32,000 nucleotides of DNA from Gammaproteobacteria bacterium (GTDB taxonomy: Bacteria; Pseudomonadota; Gammaproteobacteria; G965277405). Where the stretch lies: positions 1,129,123 through 1,161,122 of the forward strand of contig OZ255726.1 in assembly GCA_965277405.1 (NCBI GenBank), given 5' to 3'. Positions within the stretch are counted from its first letter, which is position 1; each line of letters opens with the position of its first letter. Positions 26,648 through 32,000 of the stretch are shown here, one piece after another. The translations under genes and the position numbers were made by a program. Below the pieces are notes generated by a model. It worked only from the letters and a program-made list of their open reading frames with translations. It did no database searches and was not told the DNA's origin.

Positions 26648-26695
26648 TTGTATAAAAAAATTATAAGCAATTAGTGACGTTCAACTCTGCGGTAT

Positions 26696-28588
26696 ATGCC
26701 AAAAATTACACTTCCTGATAATACAGTTCTTGATTATCCACACCCGGTTACATTAGGTGAAGTGGCAATTAAAATAGGAGCAGGCTTGGCAAAGGCTGCA
26801 GTAGCTGGCAGCGTCAATGGTAAGCAGCAAGACTTGGATGATGTCATCACACAAGATAGTTCGGTGCTACTGTATACTGCCAAGAACCCAGAAGGAGTTG
26901 CAGTAATTAGACACTCTTGCGCACATTTATTTGGTCACGCAATTAAACAGCTGTTCCCCAATGTACAAATGGCAATTGGCCCCGTAATTGAAAATGGTTT
27001 TTACTACGATATTAAGTATGAGCGGAGCATTACTTTAGCTGAAATGGCAGAAGTTGAGCAACGCATGATGGTACTTGCGAAACAAGCATATGTTGTCAAC
27101 AAAGTTATGACCAAGCGCTGCGAAGCTATTGAAATATTCACAACACGGCATGAACCCTATAAGCTTGAATTAATCAGAGACCTCCCCAATGTTACAGAAT
27201 TTGGCTTATATCACCATCAAGAATACATCGACATGTGTATTGGCCCACATGTTCCGCATATGGGGCATATTAAGGCATTTAAACTGACAAGTATTGCTGG
27301 AGCATATTGGCGCGGTGATGCCAACAATACGGCAATGCAACGCTTTTATGGCACATGTTGGCCCGATACCAAGCAGCTACGCCAATACTTATTTCAACTA
27401 GAACAAGCGCAGCTGCGCGATCACCGTAAACTGGGCAAACATCTTGGTTTATTTCACCAACAAGAAGAAGCACCAGGCATGGTGTTTTGGCATGCAAAAG
27501 GTCAGCTATTATTTTGTTTAATAGAGCAGTATTTGCGGAAAAAATTTAATGATACTGGCTATCAGGAAATCAAAACACCGTTATTGATTGATAAATCGTT
27601 GTGGGAAAAATCTGGGCATTGGGAGAAGTTTCGTGACGACATGTTTGTTACTGATTCTGAAAAAAGAACATTTTGTGTAAAACCAATGAATTGTCCAGGT
27701 CATATTCAAATCTTTAATCAAGGATTAAAAAGCTATAAAGAGCTGCCAATACGCTTTGCGGAATTTGGTGTTGTCCACAGAAACGAAGCCAGCGGGACAT
27801 TACACGGACTGATGCGGTTACGTAGTTTTACCCAAGATGATTCACACGTGTTTTGCAAGGAAGAGCAGCTGCTTGATGAAGTAGGGCAGATGATTGATAT
27901 AATACTCAACGTCTATCAAGACTTCGGTTTTGATGAAGTTGAACTGAAACTATCAACCAGGCCAGCGCAACGTGTTGGCGCTGATGAAATTTGGGATAAA
28001 GCAGAACACGCACTCGCAGCTGCGCTTAATAGCAAAAATCTCACATGGCAAGAGTTGCCAGGAGAAGGCGCATTTTATGGTCCAAAGATTGAGTTTTCAT
28101 TACGAGATTGCTTACATCGAGTATGGCAATGTGGCACAATTCAAGTAGACTTTTCTATGCCAGCAAGACTTGGAGCTGTATACATTGATAGCGATAATAG
28201 CAAGCGCGTACCAGTTATGATTCACCGAGCAGTGCTTGGTTCAATTGAACGTTTTATAGGAATTTTGATTGAGCACTATGCAGGCAAGCTGCCAGTTTGG
28301 TTGGCACCGGTACAATGTGTTATTTTACCAATTTCCGAACATCAACATCAGTATGCCGAATCAGTACAAACGCAATTGCGAGTATTAGGCGTGCGTAGCG
28401 AGACCGATATGCGCGCTGAGAAAATAAATTATAAAATTCGTAACCACAGTATGAACAAAACGCCATATTTATTTATTGTTGGTGACGCAGAGCAGCAAAA
28501 AAACAGCGTGCGAGTCCGCGAGCAAAATGGCACAGACTTGGGTGAATTGTCACTTGAGTCCGCACAAAAACTATTTCTTGCAAAATGA
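26696..28588 (+). CDS. thrS: Threonyl-tRNA synthetase
   Basis: TGS domain start MPKITLPDNTVLDY, RHSCAHLFGHAIKQLFP, FCVKPMNCPGHI, MRLRSFTQDDSHVFC, PVMIHRAVLGSIERFIGILIEHYAG. Confidence 0.97.
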   Translation: MPKITLPDNTVLDYPHPVTLGEVAIKIGAGLAKAAVAGSVNGKQQDLDDVITQDSSVLLYTAKNPEGVAVIRHSCAHLFGHAIKQLFPNVQMAIGPVIENGFYYDIKYERSITLAEMAEVEQRMMVLAKQAYVVNKVMTKRCEAIEIFTTRHEPYKLELIRDLPNVTEFGLYHHQEYIDMCIGPHVPHMGHIKAFKLTSIAGAYWRGDANNTAMQRFYGTCWPDTKQLRQYLFQLEQAQLRDHRKLGKHLGLFHQQEEAPGMVFWHAKGQLLFCLIEQYLRKKFNDTGYQEIKTPLLIDKSLWEKSGHWEKFRDDMFVTDSEKRTFCVKPMNCPGHIQIFNQGLKSYKELPIRFAEFGVVHRNEASGTLHGLMRLRSFTQDDSHVFCKEEQLLDEVGQMIDIILNVYQDFGFDEVELKLSTRPAQRVGADEIWDKAEHALAAALNSKNLTWQELPGEGAFYGPKIEFSLRDCLHRVWQCGTIQVDFSMPARLGAVYIDSDNSKRVPVMIHRAVLGSIERFIGILIEHYAGKLPVWLAPVQCVILPISEHQHQYAESVQTQLRVLGVRSETDMRAEKINYKIRNHSMNKTPYLFIVGDAEQQKNSVRVREQNGTDLGELSLESAQKLFLAK

Positions 28589-28695
28589 CTACTGCGCGAA
28601 GTTGCGTATTTCGTGTAATATTATTCAGATACATTCGTCCACAACTACAAACCATGCGATGATTATTATATTGCTTTTAAAAAAGGAGTAGCACC

Positions 28696-29217
28696 ATAGC
28701 CAAACAAAAAAAAAGATTAGTTAACGAAGACATTGAAGCTGTAACCTTACGCGTAATCGATGAGGTTGGTAAACAAGTAGGTGTTATGGACAGAGAGCAG
28801 GCATTGCAGCTTGCTAAAAGTAAATCACTGGACTTGCTGCTGATTGCAGACATGGGGGAACCGCCAGTCGCCAAGATTATTGATTACGGCAAATATCTTT
28901 TCGACGCAAAAAAGAAAAAAAGCGCTTCACAGAAAAAGCAACATCAGACACAATTGAAAGAAATAAAAATCCGCCCAGGCACCGAAGAAAGTGACTATCA
29001 GGTAAAAATTCGCAACCTGACTCGTTTCCTTAATGATGGTGATAAGACAAAAGTAACATTACGTTTTCGTGGTCGAGAGATGGCGCATACGGAATTAGGC
29101 AGAAAAATGCTCGAACGCATTAAGCTTGATCTCGATGAACATGGAGACGTTGAACAGATGCCTGAGCTTGAAGGAAGACAAATGATTATGATTTTGTCGC
29201 CAAAACGTAAAAACTAA
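28696..29217 (+). CDS. infC: Translation initiation factor IF-3, apparent ATA start codon
   Basis: IF-3 sequence KKRLVNEDIEAVTLRVIDEVGKQVGVMDREQALQLAKSKSLDLLLIADMGEPPVAKIIDYGK... starts upstream of the first ATG. AAAAAGGAG lies 7 nt before ATA at 28696. Confidence 0.9.
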   Translation: MAKQKKRLVNEDIEAVTLRVIDEVGKQVGVMDREQALQLAKSKSLDLLLIADMGEPPVAKIIDYGKYLFDAKKKKSASQKKQHQTQLKEIKIRPGTEESDYQVKIRNLTRFLNDGDKTKVTLRFRGREMAHTELGRKMLERIKLDLDEHGDVEQMPELEGRQMIMILSPKRKN

Positions 29218-29240
29218 AATTAACTTAATGCGAGCATTAT

Positions 29241-29435
29241 ATGTCAAAAATTAAATCAAATCGTGGGGCTGCCAAGCGTTTTAAGGCGCGGGCAAACTAC
29301 ATCAAACGTAAACAGTCGTTCCTACGGCACATTCTTACTAAAAAGTCCACAAAACGTAAACGGGCACTACGACCTAAACTAGCTGTGCATAAATCTGATG
29401 TGGCATCGATCAAACGAATGCTTCCAAATCTATAA
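29241..29435 (+). CDS. rpmI: 50S ribosomal protein L35
   Basis: [18 protein letters not shown]...[28 protein letters not shown]. Confidence 0.96.
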   Translation: MSKIKSNRGAAKRFKARANYIKRKQSFLRHILTKKSTKRKRALRPKLAVHKSDVASIKRMLPNL

Positions 29436-29447
29436 TTAGGAACTGAC

Positions 29448-29810
29448 ATGCCAAGAGTAACAAGATCTGTTGTCGCCCGCGCTAAACATAAAAAAATTTT
29501 AAAACAGGCTAAAGGATATTATGGGGCGAGGAGCAGAGTATTTCGCGTTGCCAAACAAGCCGTTATTAAAGCCAAACAATATGCATACCGAGATCGGCGC
29601 AATAAAAAAAGAGACTTTCGTAGACTGTGGATTGTGCGTATTAACGCAGCAGCGCGTATGTATGATATGACCTATAGCCAATTTATTCATGGTCTTCATA
29701 CAGCAGAAATAGCGATCGATCGCAAGATTCTTGCAGATATTGCGGTACACGACCTTGCGGCATTTGCAGAATTGATTGCAAAAATCAAGCAAGCTGCACC
29801 TAATAAGTAA
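29448..29810 (+). CDS. rplT: 50S ribosomal protein L20
   Basis: [70 protein letters not shown]. Confidence 0.98.
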   Translation: MPRVTRSVVARAKHKKILKQAKGYYGARSRVFRVAKQAVIKAKQYAYRDRRNKKRDFRRLWIVRINAAARMYDMTYSQFIHGLHTAEIAIDRKILADIAVHDLAAFAELIAKIKQAAPNK

Positions 29811-29836
29811 CGTTTATCAAGTAGAGATAGCAACGC

Positions 29837-30859
29837 ATGGAGCAAATCCAGGCTATACAACAGCATGCGCAAACATTAATTGAAGCAGTAGCTTCTTTGC
29901 AGGATGTAGAGCGTGTCCGCACCAAGGTGACTGGTAAGCAGAGCCAACTTACACAGGCATTTAGAGCGCTGAAATCGCTACCGCCAGCAGAAAAGACCCA
30001 AGTTGGTGCCGCCTTAAATGTTGCAAAGAATTATGTGCATGATTTGTTGAAAAACAAAGAAGCAATGCTGCAACAAGAGTATTACCAACAACAAATGAAA
30101 CGTGAAGCTATTGACGTTACTTTGCCTGGAATATCCAGAAACTCAGCGGGGGTTCATCCAATCACAGCAACACGTAGAAAAGCAGAAGCGATATTTCAGT
30201 CCATGGGATGTGTGATTGAGACAGGACCAGAAATAGAAGATGAATACCATAATTTTACGGCATTAAACTTGCCTGAATTGCACCCGTCGCGTGACTTGAT
30301 GGACACATTTTATATTGCTGATGATTTAGTATTGCGTACACATACATCACCGGTGCAAGTAAGAACAATGGAGTCTCAAGCACCGCCGATACAAATGATT
30401 TGCCCAGGTCGGGTGTATCGTTGTGATTCTGATGTCACCCATACTCCAATGTTTCATCAAATAGAAGGATTGATCGTTGATCAAGGGATTGGGTTCGCCC
30501 ACTTGAAAGGTTGTATGGATACATTTCTACAAGCTTTTTTTGGGTCATCGGTACGTAGCCGCTTTCGATCATCATATTTTCCATTTACCGAGCCGTCAGC
30601 AGAAGTTGATGTGAGTTGTGTGAATTGTGATGGTATAGGTTGTCGCGTTTGTGCGCATACAGGTTGGATAGAAATACTCGGTTGCGGAATGGTCAATCCA
30701 AAAGTATTGCGTATGTCTAATATAGATGCTGATAAATACACGGGTTTTGCGTTTGGAATTGGGATAGAGCGCTTAGCAATGCTAGATTTACATGTCGCAG
30801 ACATTCGTTTGTTGTATGAAAACGAGCGCACATTTTTACAACAATTCATCGCTGAGTAA
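29837..30859 (+). CDS. pheS: Phenylalanyl-tRNA synthetase alpha subunit
   Basis: GPEIEDEYHNFTALNLPELHPSRDLMDTF, LRTHTSPVQVRTM, HQIEGLIVD, GFAFGIGIERLAML. Confidence 0.97.
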   Translation: MEQIQAIQQHAQTLIEAVASLQDVERVRTKVTGKQSQLTQAFRALKSLPPAEKTQVGAALNVAKNYVHDLLKNKEAMLQQEYYQQQMKREAIDVTLPGISRNSAGVHPITATRRKAEAIFQSMGCVIETGPEIEDEYHNFTALNLPELHPSRDLMDTFYIADDLVLRTHTSPVQVRTMESQAPPIQMICPGRVYRCDSDVTHTPMFHQIEGLIVDQGIGFAHLKGCMDTFLQAFFGSSVRSRFRSSYFPFTEPSAEVDVSCVNCDGIGCRVCAHTGWIEILGCGMVNPKVLRMSNIDADKYTGFAFGIGIERLAMLDLHVADIRLLYENERTFLQQFIAE

Positions 30860-30870
30860 AGTAAAACGCA

Positions 30871-32000
30871 ATGAAGTGTTCTACCCAGTGGTTACAGGCG
30901 CATCTGCAAAGCGATGAATCAATTGAGCAAATAGCTGAAACTCTGTCGTTTGCAGGGTTAGAGGTTGATTCACTACAAGCGGTTGCTGCAAAATTTGATG
31001 ATGTCGTGGTGGCAGAGATACAAGAGGTAATACAGCACCCCAACGCTGATACCCTTAAACTGTGCAAGGTATTTGATGGAATACAGCGCTATCAAATTGT
31101 TTGTGGAGCGACTAATGTTCGTGTAGGTTTGCGTACAGCCTTGGCGAAAATAGGCGCGGTTCTTCCTGGAAACCTTATTATTAAGAAATCTCATATTCGT
31201 GGAGAAGAATCGTTGGGGATGATGTGTTCAGTCCGCGAGCTGACGCTAGGTGAAGATCATGATGGCATTGTTGAAATCGATGCAAATATAGCGCTTGGCA
31301 GCAATATATATGAGTATTTCCAACTCGATGATCAAATCATTGAAATTGGCGTAACACCAAACCGTGGCGACTGCTTAAGTGTCGCAGGCATCGCCAGAGA
31401 CATTGCTGCTCAGCAGCAATGCGCGCGGATCACGCCAAAAATAACACCAGTTGTAGCTAGCACAAGCTCAGCAATAGCTGTGAATGTGCATGCAACAGCA
31501 GCATGTCCAGTATTCTGTTTACGTGTTATTGATGGTATTGACCATGATGCGCAAACACCACTTTGGATGCGTGAACGGTTGCGGCGCAGTGGGGTGCGTT
31601 TAGTAAGCCCTATAGTGGATATTACCAATTATGTTATGTTGGAAATCGGCCAACCCATGCATGCATTTGAACGTGGTGCTTTTGCTGAAACGTTGCATGT
31701 GCGCTGGGCTGGTGCGGATGAACAAGTGCAACTGCTCAATGGTAAAACAATTAAACTTAGTACAGATGAACTAGTGATAGCCAACGATACCCAAAACGAT
31801 ACCCAAGCTGTGGCGCTTGCTGGTGTTATGGGCAGCTTGCAATCAGAAGTATCGAGCAAATCGACGTCAATTGTGCTTGAAGCCGCGCATTTTATTCCAA
31901 ATGTGATTCGCGGGAAAAGCCGCAAATTCTCTTTAAATTCCGAAGCTTCAATGCGGTTTGAGCGTGGCGTGGATTATACATTGCCGCAGCAGGCAATTGA
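30871..32000 (+). CDS. pheT: Phenylalanyl-tRNA synthetase beta subunit, truncated by window edge
   Basis: Reading frame from ATG 30871: MKCSTQWLQAHLQSDESIEQIAETLSFAGLEVDSL...HPNADTLKLCKV...VCGATNVR...GVTPNRGDCLSVAGIARDIAA, open to the end of the window. Confidence 0.95.
   Translation, partial: MKCSTQWLQAHLQSDESIEQIAETLSFAGLEVDSLQAVAAKFDDVVVAEIQEVIQHPNADTLKLCKVFDGIQRYQIVCGATNVRVGLRTALAKIGAVLPGNLIIKKSHIRGEESLGMMCSVRELTLGEDHDGIVEIDANIALGSNIYEYFQLDDQIIEIGVTPNRGDCLSVAGIARDIAAQQQCARITPKITPVVASTSSAIAVNVHATAACPVFCLRVIDGIDHDAQTPLWMRERLRRSGVRLVSPIVDITNYVMLEIGQPMHAFERGAFAETLHVRWAGADEQVQLLNGKTIKLSTDELVIANDTQNDTQAVALAGVMGSLQSEVSSKSTSIVLEAAHFIPNVIRGKSRKFSLNSEASMRFERGVDYTLPQQAI

Noticed and set aside
1-32000. 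CRISPR array, prophage or complete IS element
   Set aside because: No regularly spaced direct repeats, no phage structural genes and no recognisable transposase were seen. The only repeated units are the three TIR elements and the 9-bp tandem repeat.

Overview
From about 6.5 kb onward the window looks like an ordinary gammaproteobacterial-type chromosome: Pal/OmpA-like lipoproteins, tRNA-Leu, hemB, murB, argJ, mutS, pmbA, ftsH, tRNA-Val, thrS-infC-rpmI-rplT-pheS-pheT. The first ~5.4 kb is visibly GC-richer. It holds a wecB 3' fragment, a truncated epimerase ORF and a ribose/xylose-type ABC transporter set that shows decay: an in-frame TAA at codon 4 ahead of a Tat signal, and a probable in-frame deletion in one permease. 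The most unusual locus is ~16.4-24.2 kb. It is a tight, same-strand cluster encoding a TPR lipoprotein, a signal peptide / FliF-C-like periplasmic / TM / FliG-like fusion protein, a MotA-like protein, a MotB-like protein with an OmpA domain, a MoxR ATPase, a DUF58 protein, a small TM protein, a VWA (BatA-like) protein and a type IV prepilin-like protein. No other flagellar gene is visible. This looks like a non-flagellar, stator-driven envelope machine. A family of ~270-300 bp elements with imperfect terminal inverted repeats (CTCTGATTAA...TTAATCAGAG) is present in three copies. infC appears to start at a rare ATA codon.
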